Assembly (NCBI GenBank): GCA_040954595.2
Contig: CM082597.2
Location: 6,223,749-6,287,748, forward strand
Direction of reading: 5' to 3'
Length of the DNA: 64,000 nucleotides
Source: Balanoglossus misakiensis
Lineage: Eukaryota > Animalia > Hemichordata
This document shows positions 12,169 to 25,320 of this stretch, in pieces. Within the stretch, counting starts at the first letter, position 1, and each line of letters opens with the position of its first letter. The notes under the pieces were generated by a model that was not told the DNA's origin, searched no databases, and saw only the letters and a program-made list of their open reading frames with translations. A program made the translations under genes and the position numbers.

Positions 12169-14002
12169 ATGGCAGACTTTGATTGGTTTACGGAGTATCT
12201 TATAAGGCTGGCAGATGACATCGGAAATGGTGAGTGTACATTATAATGTTTTTATCCCTAAGTGAGTGGTGCTCTGAGACACTCATGGATGTCTACCCAT
12301 CTATAATGACATCATAGACAGCCCTTCAAACAGTATATCTACATCCTCAGTCACACATGCTTGAACTGATTTTATGCAAACTTGACACAAGGACAAAACT
12401 CTGTCATCCCATTTTCAATTTGAAATTTTAGACAGTGATCAGCTACTGTAATTTTAAAGTTTTTCTCGAGAGATTTATTTCCAGAAAAGGGTTTACTTTA
12501 CTATAATCTTTTCTTTTTTTTGCATTTACAGATGACTTGATTAAATTGGTAGAAGGACTGGGTGCCTTAAAGAAACCTTCAATACCTACAGTTGTGAGGG
12601 AAGAAATTTTGAGAGAGAAACGGGCATATGTTTTGTTTGACAAGTTGGTAAAGTCTGGACATTTATCAAGGGACAAACCTGAGACACTTATTCATCTGTT
12701 GAAAACTGCCAGACTTAACATGTTAGCAAAGCATGTAGAAGTTCGATATGAGAAAATGTTTGACAAAGACTATCCATATGATGAAGTGACAAGAGAAGCA
12801 GAGTCCAGGCCTAAAGTATCCACCACAGGATCTTATGGCAAGGACTTGCAGAATTTTACAATACAGGTATGCATTTGTATTATGCAAATACCATGTTCAC
12901 CCAAAATTATGATTTTGAAAGAGATGAAATGATAAAAAATAGACTATCTTCAGCTGGTCAAAGTGATAGAAACAAATGGAATTATAAAGTCATCTGTGCA
13001 GTTCAAATGGTCATGGTTTGATGTTGTCGTCACCAACCACAGACCAAGTCCTACATAATGGTTTGAATGCTCGCATTTGTGAACTAATGAGCCAAATGTA
13101 CATTGGGCACTAAATTGAAAATTTAATTTTGAAAAGAAATGGTGGTTAAGCATTTTGAGCAGTTGAACACTTAGAGTACCTGTGGTAATTGAAGTATATT
13201 TTAATAGGAATTCTACACACAAGAATGAATTCAGCAGTGTTCACATACTTCAGGTTTTTCAGATGTCGGTGATGTTGCTGCTAGCAGTGCAGTTAGTTCA
13301 GCTGCAACACAGATTGAGATGACGACAATGATGAAAGATCCAGAAGGTGAAACCACAAGTGTACAACACCACATAGACAGACATGATTTTAATCAACTAT
13401 ATTCTTTGATGACAAGACTACTGTAGTTACAATCACCTATAGGCAACAAACTGATCCAGCTGTTGAGGACACTACAACCGCAGGTAAACTTACTTTAGAA
13501 ATCATCAGTGGAAAAGATGTGCAGAAATTATAGTCCAAAAAAGACACAAGATTTGAATAGTATGTATTTCAATGTTAGATAATAAATTCTATATTATTTG
13601 GTTTTACATGTAACTACTGCTTATGAATGTATCAATGTTTTTTTATTTACAACAGCTGCAATGAATGGATTAATCCTATTCCTGTGTTTTTATTCAGTTG
13701 TCAACGCGGAGACACAGTACAGAGTTGACAAGGAACTAGATGAGAACGGTTGGAAGAACACAATCAGGAATCTGTTCATCGACGATGGGAGGGATGGTGA
13801 CAGAATTCTGGAAAATGCGGACCATGACCACAGAAAATTCGAGGAGAAGAAGTACGCAAGTCTGACAGAATGGAAGAAAAGGAGGGGCTATAAAGCCACA
13901 AATAGCGCATTGCAGCATGCTTTGAATAAAGCCGGGTGTATTTCGTTGGCGTCTACCCTTTCTAACGATTCGACCGAAGGCATACATTGCACACAGGTTT
14001 AG
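12169..14002 (+). CDS. Death-effector-domain + death-domain protein (FADD-like architecture). Confident exons 12169-12229, 12532-12866, 13698-14002; linker exon(s) within 13254-13483 unresolved
   Basis: The spliced N-terminus MADFDWFTEYLIRLADDIGNDDLIKLVEGLG...IPTVVREEI...AYVLFDKLVKSGHLSRDKPETLIHLLKTARLNMLAKHVE fits the DED pattern. The last exon ...ELDENGWKNTIRNLF...EEKKYASLTEWKKRRGYKATNSALQHALNKAGCISLA fits the death-domain pattern. Donors gtgagt 12230, gtatgc 12867 and gtaaac 13484; acceptors at 12531 and 13697. Confidence 0.75.
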
Positions 14003-14224
14003 TGTCGCCATATTTTGCAAAATGTGTACATGTAGCACATAAAAGTGTTGTACGTTTTGCGTTTAGTTTTGAAATATCGTTTCCGTCATTTGTGCGTATA
14101 CCAAGACGTGATCAGAAAGCTAATGATCTGCTAAAGAAATCCCTTCACGTTTACTTGACATCAACGCTTTTATCACTCGACTTTGGTTTAACTATAGAGG
14201 AACAAAATGAATCATACATGTTGA

Positions 14225-14720
14225 TACTTGCAAGATTTTGCAACCACATTACATCGCATACTCTTATGTTGGTTTATAATGCTATTTTTTCTTTCTATAG
14301 TTGACTACTGTTGCACTGTTTGGGGCAACACATCAAAAACCAATCTACAGAGAATTTATAAACTTCAGAAAAGAGCCGGCAGAGTAATTTTAGGAGTAGA
14401 CATTACATTTCCTTCTCGTTCTCTTCTGACAACTCTTCATTGGTTGCCCATTGATCTTAGAATCGAGTATTTCATTGCTGTTCAAACTTTCAAGATACTA
14501 CATGGCCTGACGCCTGATTATTTAAATGAATTTTCCTATGTTTCTGACATGTACAATTTTACCACTAGATCTGTCAGCAACGCTAATTTGTATGTGCCCA
14601 CTTTTAAAACAGCAACTGGGCAAAGGTCTTTTATGTATCGAGCATCAAATATCTGGAACAATATTCCCCTGTCTATAAGAAGTATATAAAGTCTGTCACA
14701 GTTCAAGTCACAACTACGTA
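14225..14720 (+). mobile_element. 5'-truncated non-LTR retrotransposon (CR1/L2 group) ORF2 C-terminus, frameshifted
   Basis: LVYNAIF/SIVDYCCTVWG...LQKRAGRVI...LHWLPI..R...TFKILHGLTPDYL...TRS...GQRSFMYRASNIWNNIP is the typical post-RT region. Frameshift near 14290 and a stop at 14687. Confidence 0.88.
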
Positions 14721-15588
14721 ACTTTTTTCACACTAAATTTATAAATGAAGGTTCATCACTTGATTAGATTTCATAAATAAGTCCGTCATTGTGACTTGAT
14801 TTGACTTTTACAGTGTTTTTCTTTTTTTCTTTCCTATTGCTTTGTTTCAAATCTGGCCGTTACGTTCTACTGATGTGTGCGTTTTCGTTTTGAAAGTGTA
14901 ATTAATTACTATTCAAAGCATGGTAGTGATGTCATCATCGCTTTTATGGGTGCTTCAAAAATATAATACATTTTAAGTTTCTGTACACTGTATACTGTAT
15001 CAGTTTTCTTCTGTGTTGGTATACAGACTTCAGCATAATATATGCCGGGGTTCATACTAGTATATCTCCAAAGGATTTACTGTCATAAATAGTGTAAAAC
15101 AATTTTGGATCTTGTCCATAAAGCTTTTCAATATTTGCATTGATGATTTGAGTTTTAAGCTGTCGATCTCGAAAAATGAGGAATTTTCATAAAAAGTTAA
15201 TGTATGCTGACGATAATGATTTAATTAGCCGTTCCTTCATGTGGACTCAGAACAATATTTGTAGATACTATGGTGTTACGATACGCATGTATGTATTTAG
15301 ATTGTACTTAATTTCAGAAGAGAATTTTTAATTTTGATAATTAGAAAGATATATAATTTTGGGAACCGTTTGACTCGATGCTCAAGTCATTACTTTTGTA
15401 ACCTTGGCGTTTCATTGTACACCTTGTTTAAGTTGATAATCAATAAATAGAAGAGTTAAACTTGCGACCAAGATGTTTGAGTGAAATAAGTGTATATCGA
15501 TTAACAATATTGATTTACCCTAGATAAAGCTACTTTAGCCCAATGCAGTCACTGCTTTTTTTTAGTAGAGAGAGGGATTCTTCTCGTT

Positions 15589-15700
<112 letters not shown>

Positions 15701-18700
15701 ACACAGCACCTTTCATACACGCCATTATGATCTCACAAGTCGTAAGGGAAATGATAATTATTCTTTTTTCCAATATTATTTTCACTTTACTATGGAAATC
15801 CGGTTGTGGTCCGAAGTTATACACACGGCGCCCTCTACAGGGGAAAACAGTGAATCGTGCACCTTCGGGAATTTTCGGAATGAAATATGGTGGATTGATA
15901 ATACTAGTAGTCGGACTTTTCGCTAAATTTCTGAAGATTCCGAAGAATTGAATCGGCCAGGGAATCAGGGTGAGTAAATTTAAGGTTATTGTTTGACATG
16001 GTGAACAAAGACTGCGATGATTTTGAAAATATGTCAAGTTCTGTATCATGAAACCGATGTTCTTGACTGTCAATTTCGGACCAGTGGAGTGTAGAATCTA
16101 GAACTATGACATCATCAGTCCAAAATCAATGGCGTTGTTATGGACATTATTACGCATTTCATTTGGCGGTATTTTTGAATAGGCCTTCAGGGCGCCCGAT
16201 CCCAGGGTTCGATATCCCTCTTTTTATGACATGGTGGGCCGTGTGGACCACCAAATGCAAAATATGGTGGTCAATGATGCATGTTTACGGTATTTACCAT
16301 CTAATAAATGTATCTAATTATACATGCAAATTAGGCCGCGCGGCAGTAAGGGGTCAGAGGAATTGAAGGGGGGGGGGGCTTAAATTTTTTTCCAAGGCAT
16401 TGAGGGGGGGGGGGGGATCAGAAAAAAATTAACATTTTTTTTCAAAAATCCTGCTACCCCTACTCTTTTTCTTTCTATTTCATTCAGTAACTTGCAACTC
16501 ACACAAAGCTGGGAAATCTGAAAATGGTCGCTCAGCTCAGCTTTTATTGTTAGGGGAGAACCATTTGATTTCTAGGGGAGGGGATGGAGGATTTGGGTTA
16601 TTTACAGCATTTTTTTGATTGCCAGTCCATCTTTTCCCTCAAGGTAATGCAGAAGCAAGTTATGTTTTCCTCTGCACCATCTGCCAACAATCCCCTCCCC
16701 CCTCAAAAAATCCTCGCGTAGGGCTCTCCAAGTTTTGCTCAAAAGTGGGGGTTACACTACATTCTGTCGCATAGGCAACTTCAATGCCACATGTGAAGAA
16801 GATGCTCACAAAATGAACATGAAGGACAAAATCAAGAAAGATTCCTCCTTGCAAAGTAAAATCAGTTGGGTGTCCAGCTCAGATCAAGTTGTAACTTGTA
16901 CCATCTGTATCCATGTCAATCTCATTTTGAAGGTGTTGCTTTTTTTAGTATGGAAAATGGATGGAAAGTCACACATTTATCCTTGGGTATTTTTGGCGTG
17001 TGTTAGTTTTTTTAAAGCTGTATTACAACTGTTGCATTACAGTGCATGTTTTTGATATCAAGGTTAACATATTACACCATTTGAACTCTAAAATATTCAG
17101 TGGAATGTCCTGTTACATGGAATGAAAGTTGACACACTGACCACACAGCCACAGCACAGCAATTCAGGTGCAAATCTAATTATTGAAATTTGGTATTTTA
17201 CACCTTCAGTTGAAAGCAAACTTCAACAATGAACTGGACAGGATGAATACAGTTATCCAGAGAAAACAAGAAGAACTGACAAGACCACGGCCAAGCTTCT
17301 GAAGGTCAAGTGAAAAAAGTGTTGAAAGAAAATTATCAGTTCTTGAAAGACAAGGGACTCATCGGTAAGTAAAACATGCTCTTATGTCCGGTTTACACCA
17401 TTTGAACGCTTTACAACTGCTTTCTTTTCATGGACTTCTCTGCTAACCGGGACGGAAATCAATGTTGTGACGCCGCCGGAAACAGTCCAGCCAGCCATTT
17501 GATGCTTTGTAGTCATCCACTTTCAAGTTGTTGAGTTGTGGGAATCACCCATGATGGAGGAAATAATGTCGGATTGACAAAGACAACACACCAGAACTTT
17601 CCTTTCACAATACGGAGTAGAGATTAACATCCGGGCACTTTATTACGAACTGCACCTCTTGAGGGCGCTTGTCATATGTATCAGTACTATCCAATGATTA
17701 CATAAGTGCATTTGCATTACTATGAGATCATAATGAATATGTATTCTAACACAAGTCCTTGGCAAAAGGGCGCGTTCTTGAAGGGAGCTGACAGTACTGG
17801 ACTCTTGAGAGTGTCTAGTACAGTACTACCACACTTTGGTTGAAATAGATTATTTCTTTGGTATGGCTGGACTCAACAACTGAAAAAAATGGTGAAAGGG
17901 TTTACAATACATGTGAAAAATACACTTCTAAAAATATCACAATCAGCTGTGGACACACATGTAACTTTGCAACATTTATGCACATTAAATGTTGCAATTT
18001 TAACCCAGGCAACATGACAGATTTGACTACTTTTTAACAAAGTATGGTGGTGTTCTATTACAGGCTTTCAACTGCCTATGCAATTTGTTTACATTTTACG
18101 CAAAGTAAATTGTGAATGCGTATTGAAGTACGAATTGGAAAAAATCTAACGGAACCTGTAGTTGACGTCATGTTAGCATTTTGTAAATGTGGCCAGTTCT
18201 AGCATGCCGCCAGACAATTTATATTTAAAGACATTGATACATGTTTACTTACCAATGATTTCTATTCTGGAAATCTTGATTTTGTTTTCAACTTTCTGTC
18301 TTGCAGGAGCTTTCCATGTGACCTGAGAAGACCAGGATGGGGAGAGTCTTGATGTTGAATATTGCAGAAATGGATGTACACTACTACTGTACAGCTGATC
18401 ATTGAGGAGGGGAGTAATATTTTTTATTTATACTATGTGTTTTATTCTTTAGCTTGGATGGTGCAGAATTGCATACACTAGCCTGCTGCAAAACATGGTA
18501 TATTTGCATATTTCGAATGTTCAAATGTAAATTTCCAGTAAGGAGGATACGTGTATTGAATTGAGTTGGAACAATTATAAATACAATGATGATCGAAAGA
18601 AAAATTTAAAATTGAGAGCAGTTAATTTGAGAACGAAATGTGTATTGAGAACTGTACAATGGATACAACCAAGAGTAACTTTCACTGAAGACCAGTGCGT

Positions 18701-18929
18701 TGGGTTTTGTCATCATAAAGGTAAGATTGTGCATTGTAGACTGCAATTTGATTTAAGACAGAACATTTTAATAAAGTGTAAAATACAGAAATAATTTAAT
18801 AATAGACAGGGATAATAGTACCAAGTGAAGATCATAAATTATTATTTTGAGTGTTAATAGGATAGGGTATGATAAAGTTGTATTAAACAAGAACCCCCCC
18901 CCCCCCCCTATGAAATGTTGACTATGCAG

Positions 18930-19394
18930 ATAATGTGATAATAATGTTCAAAGTTAGGATGAAGATGATAAAACAATAAATAACAACCACAACAATAATA
19001 ATAATGATGATGATGAGATGATGATGTTGATAATACAAAAAATAATAACTAATGATGATTACACTAATGATGATATAATGATATAAATAATAAAAGTTGT
19101 GATGATGATGATGATGATGATTAATAATGATGATGGAGGTATTGATAATAGAACAAATAATATAATGATGATTACAGTTATGATACAATATAAATAAAAT
19201 TGGTGATGATGATTATGATGTTGATTATGATGATTTAATTGATAATGATGATGGAGATGTTGATAATGATATATCGAAAAAATAATAAAAATGACGAAGA
19301 TGAACATAAAATGACATAATTTGACATAAAATATAATATGATATAAAAAAATAATTATTATAATGACAACGATGATGTTGATGATGTAACAAAA

Positions 19395-19433
<39 letters not shown>

Positions 19434-19535
19434 GTGATCATGATAATAACAAATGATGATAAAATAACGGAAATAATAAAAATTAATAGGATTAATTTAA
19501 TGATGATAGTGATGATGATGATGATGATGATGAGT
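18930..19535 (+). repeat. Degenerate (GAT/AAT)n low-complexity tract
   Basis: Runs of gatgatgat and ataata. Confidence 0.9.
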
Positions 19536-21099
19536 ACTTTATAGTTTTGTATGCATTCAGTGTGGTATTGTCAGATTCCGGTGGATCTTTAGGATACTAT
19601 GAGATGTAAAAGGCTGGATAATGAATATTGTTCGAGAAGGTATAGGTGGTGATTAATTGATTCCTAATGGTCTTAATGTAATCCAAAATAATGTTGTGTC
19701 TGTTAGATTTGGCGTTGTGGTCGTAGTGGTATAAAGTAACAAAATAATAATGTTAGTGAAGGTTTTTTTAGCTATAAATATGACACATTGATGTATTTAA
19801 TCCAAACAGTCAGTCACATTCGTCTTAAATATTCGTCTGAATTGGTAGCCTTAACACTATGCATAGTTGATATTGCATACTTTGTGATTCTGTGTACAGA
19901 GTTTTGTGAGACAGACGATTCTGTGTACAAATTAAAGTAAGATGAGCCCAGTACATTGAGCTGTTGGTGAAAACATTTATGACTGGTATAGATAAACATT
20001 GCTATGACTGTTATTGGTGTATTAAATGTTTCTTTTTTCTAGGAACGACACTGCAGTTTTATAGACTGTGGTGTTTAATGTGTTTTTGTATAATATTCAA
20101 TTTCAGCATCTAATTTATACAAATAATAAAATAAGAATGCATTTGTTTTTTATGTAAATCTCATAATAGGTTGTATCATTGGTGATGGTATCAAGAAAAG
20201 AGAAGACAGTTGCAATACATTAATGAACTATTCTTTTCTCAGGGCATCACTAACGATATTTTTCACATGGACTCGCTATAATATGTCAAATATTAGGTTT
20301 TTGCTGATAATGTCTGGAAACTCGCATATGTAACGCAATGACACTGCAGTTGGATAGACTGTGGTATTTAACTTGTTTTTGTATAATATTCCATTTTGGT
20401 TGTATCAAGGTGCACCTTGTACAGGGTTTCATATGTGACTAAAATTTGGGTGTCCCCATTCTGACCTGGCCAGTCAGATTTGGGGATTACATACCTTGCA
20501 CTCGCAAACATGACATACTGTACAAGTAACCACTCACTCAAAGTATTGATAAGTAAAAGTTTCTGATTTATTAAACTGGTATAATTGTGATCACAATGTA
20601 TTTGTATTGAATTAATGATTTCATTCCAGATGATGTCATTATGTATTATATAACATTTTTATTCCAGGTGTGTATCTTATATAATTAAACATCGCATACT
20701 ATGACTTTTGTTTTCCAGATATGTACCTGTATTTTATTGCGTTTAAATACCATTCAGTCAGTTTCACCAACAGCTCATTGTCTTCCCCCTTTTCACCAAT
20801 ACAGTGAGCATTCATTTGTATTGGAAAGCAATTTGTCTGTTTGGGAAATTGCAGTAATTTAATAAATCAAAATTCAGAATTACTGGTGTATAATATCAGC
20901 TATGCATATTAATAATTACCATTTGAAAGTTTAATATTACAATATTTATAGACTTCATAAATTACACACTGATAATAATAAATATATTTAAGAGTATAAT
21001 ACAGCTAGATAATAAAAACTAGTGACTATAGATTTTGTAGAATGCCATAGGTTGGGTTTCTGATTTTTATGGGTCGGTTAACATTCTGATTTCATTCCT

Positions 21100-21880
21100 G
21101 TGATGGTGGTGGCAGTCTTGATGTTAATTGTTTTTACTAATTGTCATGGCGATGACTTTGATGGTTGGTCTGATGTTGATGGTGGTCTTATGATGATGAT
21201 AGTGGTGATGACGATGATTTAAAACATAAATAATAAATGTGTAAACGATGATTGTGACGATTAAAAGATAAATAAGAAATATGAAAATGATGATGGTGAT
21301 GATTAAAAGATCAAAAAATGTTTAGATGATGATGATGATGGCGATGATGATGATGATGATGATGATGATGACGGTGATTTAAAACATAAATAATAAATGT
21401 GTAAACGATGATTGTGATGATTAAAAGATAAAAAAGAAATATGTAAATGATGATGGTGATGATTAAAAGATAAAAAAATGTTTAGATGATGATGAGATGA
21501 TGGCAATGATGATGATAGTGGTGATGACGATGATTTAAAACATAAATAATAAAAATGTAATCGGTTATTGTGATGATTAAAAGATAAATAAGAAATATGT
21601 AAATGATGATGATGATGATTAAAACAAACAAGAAATATTTAACTAACGATGGTGATGATTAAAAGATAAATAAGAATTATGATGATGATGACGATTAAAA
21701 CATAAATAAGAAATATGTAAATGATGATGGTGATGATTAAAAGATAAAAAAATGTTTAGATGATGATGATTATGATGACGATGATTAAATGATAAATAAT
21801 AAATGTGTAGACGATGACAATGATGATTAAAAGTTAAACAGCAATGATGATGATTGTGATTAAAAGATAAATAAGGAATA
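21100..21880 (+). repeat. Compound minisatellite of (GAT)n blocks alternating with gattaaaagataaataagaaatatgt-type units
   Basis: Direct inspection. Confidence 0.88.
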
Positions 21881-22357
21881 TGTTGTTTTTCATGAAGCCA
21901 CAGTTGTGAAGCTTAATTTGTATTAATAAATGTCAAGTAACCGTAGCAAAAGGCATAATTTAGTAATTACATGTATATTTAATATTAGGGGATAATTAAA
22001 TTTGTAGGACTAAATTGTAATGATGATTTTCTAGTAAGGGGGTAAAACTAGTTAAAGGTCTCAGCAGATAGCAATTAGTTTAGATACATAATATGTAGAA
22101 AGGCGATAACTACAGAATTGTTAATAATTTGTAGAAGTTTCAGTCCCCCATGGGACTGTTATTGTGAGTGAGTACTGGTCCATGTTTCTGCCATGGAAGT
22201 AGAGATAGTTTCACATTTTTAAGTCAATTGGGTAATTAAGTATGTTTATCAGAGCCTAGGGTTTTACAACGCGCATCAGCTAGCTAACTATCCAACTAAG
22301 ATAATATATTAATATTTCCTATTTATTATTTGTTGCAGGCGATGGGGATTGTTAGCA

Positions 22358-23990
22358 GCCAAGTTGCAGTCCATAGCAATCAGTTATACTTGTCATATTT
22401 ACACAATTTTTCTCATTAGTTTCAGATTCCCATGATGCAATATATCCTCCGGTCCAGATGCCAAACTGGTAACTAGGTAACATGATTCCTGTGGTGTGAG
22501 TATGCAAATTAATTTTGTGTCACCAGCCATTGAAGTACATTACATTCCTAAACCACAATGAAAATCTGAATGTCCCAGAAAGCCAAGATCATGATATGGC
22601 TTACAGTCATGTGACACCTCTGCGTCGCTTGTGTTGACCTGAAACACTTTGCACTAGTTGCCTTGAATTTCATTATTTTTATCTTATATTGTCGATAGTC
22701 CAGAACTAGAAACAGCTGTACACCCTACAAGAAAAAAAATAAGTCTTAGCCAAGTTGCAGTCCATAGCAGTTAGTTATAATTGTCTAATTACACATTTTT
22801 TCTCATTAGTTTCAGATGTCCATGATGTAAAATATCCTCCAGTCCAGATGCCAAACTGGTAACTAAGGCATCATGATTCCTGAAGTGTGAGTATGCAAAT
22901 TAATTTTGTACGACCAGCCATTTGAACTACATAAACCACAGTGCAGTTCTAAATGTCACAGAAGGCAAAGATTTGTCCTTATATGTCCAGCACATAGACA
23001 CATTTTCCAGTTTTTGTTTGATACAAAAATACTATTTATATTGACTTATTTTTCTCTTTTTGCAGGTAACACTACAGTTTCCATCTGATGATCAACAACT
23101 GCCAACCAACATGAAGATTTGTGCATGCCTGTACTGCAGCCAAGCAGATTTCACAGGTAACATTCAAGCTACAAACAGCAATAGTGGGGCATGTGGTACA
23201 ATTATTCTAATATGACTTGACTGCAATTTCATGAAAACTTGGTATATACACGATATACTGTGACGTATATATGTACATCAATTTATTTTGCATATTGATC
23301 TAGTATGGCTACCAAGCAGCCATCTTTAGTAAACAAAAAAATCAAGCACAGCGCCATTAGAAGGCCATGCCAGAACCAATTCTATTTTGACACAGGAGCA
23401 TGATGTAATTTACACAGTTTTTCTTATTATTTTTTAGATTTCCCTGATGCCACATATCTTCCAGCCCATGATGCAGTATATTCTCCAGTCCAATGGTAAC
23501 CAGGTAACATGTGTGTGGTGCGAGTATGCAAATTAAAATTTGTGTGAGCAGCCACTGAAGTATATTACATCCCTTCAGCACAATGAAAATTTGAATGTCA
23601 CAAAAAGCCATGATTTGTCCATACATTCGCGCACAATAGTATGGCCTCTTGTATACATGAAGGCAGGAGATCATTTGTCCATAGATACATTTTACTGTCA
23701 TTTTGTTTAACAAAAATACCGTCATTTTTTTCTTATCTGCAGACAACAGTTTATATCTGATGAGCAACATCTGCCAGCCTAGATCTGTGTATGTGTGAAG
23801 CAGGTTAGCAGATTTCAAAGGTAACAGTTAAGCTGCAAACAGCATTAGCTGGGCTTATGGTACAACTATGACTTGACCCCAATTTCATTAAAACTTGATG
23901 CATACAAGTGTACTATGAGGTACATCAGTTTGATCCAGTATGGGCACCAGGCATTATTAAATAAAACATTCAGAAATCAAGTGTACATTG
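22358..23990 (+). repeat. Three diverged tandem segmental duplications carrying AG...GT-bounded exon-like cassettes
   Basis: agccaagttgcagtccatagca at ~22358 and ~22748. ..ag|at...ggtaac..agtatgcaaattaa at ~22426, ~22816 and ~23438. gcagatttca(c/a)ag|gtaaca at ~23145 and ~23808. Confidence 0.75.
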
Positions 23991-24273
23991 TGCCTTTGGA
24001 TCAAGTTACATCAAGTTATGTACTGCACTGTGAAACATACATGTGCCATCAGGGACACTGGGGAGTATGTATGGTGGCCTGCGGAATATAGCATGGATGA
24101 TCAAACATTGGATGTGATGACTGGAGGCTATCGGGAGCCCAACACACCGACATGGAAGTCAAATTTTCATTCTGTCCAATTAAAAAGCTGTCTCGGATGG
24201 GCGGTAGTTTAACTCACTGTGTACTGGTACATGCATGTCAGTTTTTGTCTTTGTATGATCCTGTATGGTGACT

Positions 24274-24530
24274 ATCAATCAATCAATCAATCAATCAGAG
24301 AAATTTGTATAGCGCCAGTATCTATAACAAGTGTCATACTCAAAGGCGCTTGTGCTCATTGGCCCACACCATATGCTCTTGCGAAATAATGCGTCTTCAG
24401 TCTTTTCTTAAAGATACTCAAACTTGGAGCTTGACGAATGTCTTGTGGCAGAGAGTTCCACAGTTTCGGTGCAGCATGTAAGAATGCTCGGCCACCGTAT
24501 GCGGCCACTGTTCCAATTTTCACGTCTCGG
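24274..24530 (-). mobile_element. 3' end of an L2-clade LINE with (TTGA)n tail
   Basis: YGGRAFLHAAPKLWNSLPQDIRQAPSLSIFKKRLKTHYF...*, then a short 3' UTR with an agcgcc...ggcgct stem-loop and (gatt)n repeats. Confidence 0.88.
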
Positions 24531-25039
24531 ACAACATCATTCAAACAAGCATATTTCAGACACACCTTCACCGTTGACAGCTCTCTGCTGTCCATGCGTT
24601 TGAAAAGCTGCGTCTTTGATGTTGACACCTCAGACGTTCTCCATCTACGGGAGTCATGCATGCAACCTGCTGCTTTTATTTGAATTATCAAGGATGGTGC
24701 GATACATCTGCAGTGGCAAATACTTGACCAAAACCGCAGCGACGTGAGATGTGATTTTCACGTGTTTACACCTGAGTGTGAAATCTTACACTGTCAAATG
24801 CTATGATACATGAAAGTGTGACACTTTGTTGTCATAAAATGATTAACGTATACAATGACAAGGACGTTCTTTACAAATTCAACTGCCCATTACAACATAA
24901 ATATAAGAATTGACTAAATTGTTAGTATTCCTGCGGAAATGTCACAGACCTAAGAGAAAACAGCTTACAGCTCCTCGACCCGGCTAATTAAATATTCATG
25001 AGCCATACCAAACCACTCAGATAATCGGTGTTTCACTGT

Positions 25040-25320
25040 ATATGTATGTATGTATATATGTATGTGTGTGTGTACATCTATGTATTTATGTATGTACATG
25101 TCTGTCTGTCTGTCTGTCTGTCTGTATGTGTGTATGTATGTACGTATACACATGTATGTATGTGTGTATGTATGTATAAAATTGTATGTATGTGTGTGTG
25201 TATGTAATGCATGCAGTGTTGGAAACTACTGCCCATCCTCCCATCCGAGACTGGTAACTTTTTAGTATATATGTATATGTACATACGCATGTTCGATGTA
25301 TGTATGTGTGTTTATGTGTG
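25040..25320 (+). repeat. (TGTA)/(TCTG)/(TG) compound microsatellite
   Basis: Direct inspection. Confidence 0.9.
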
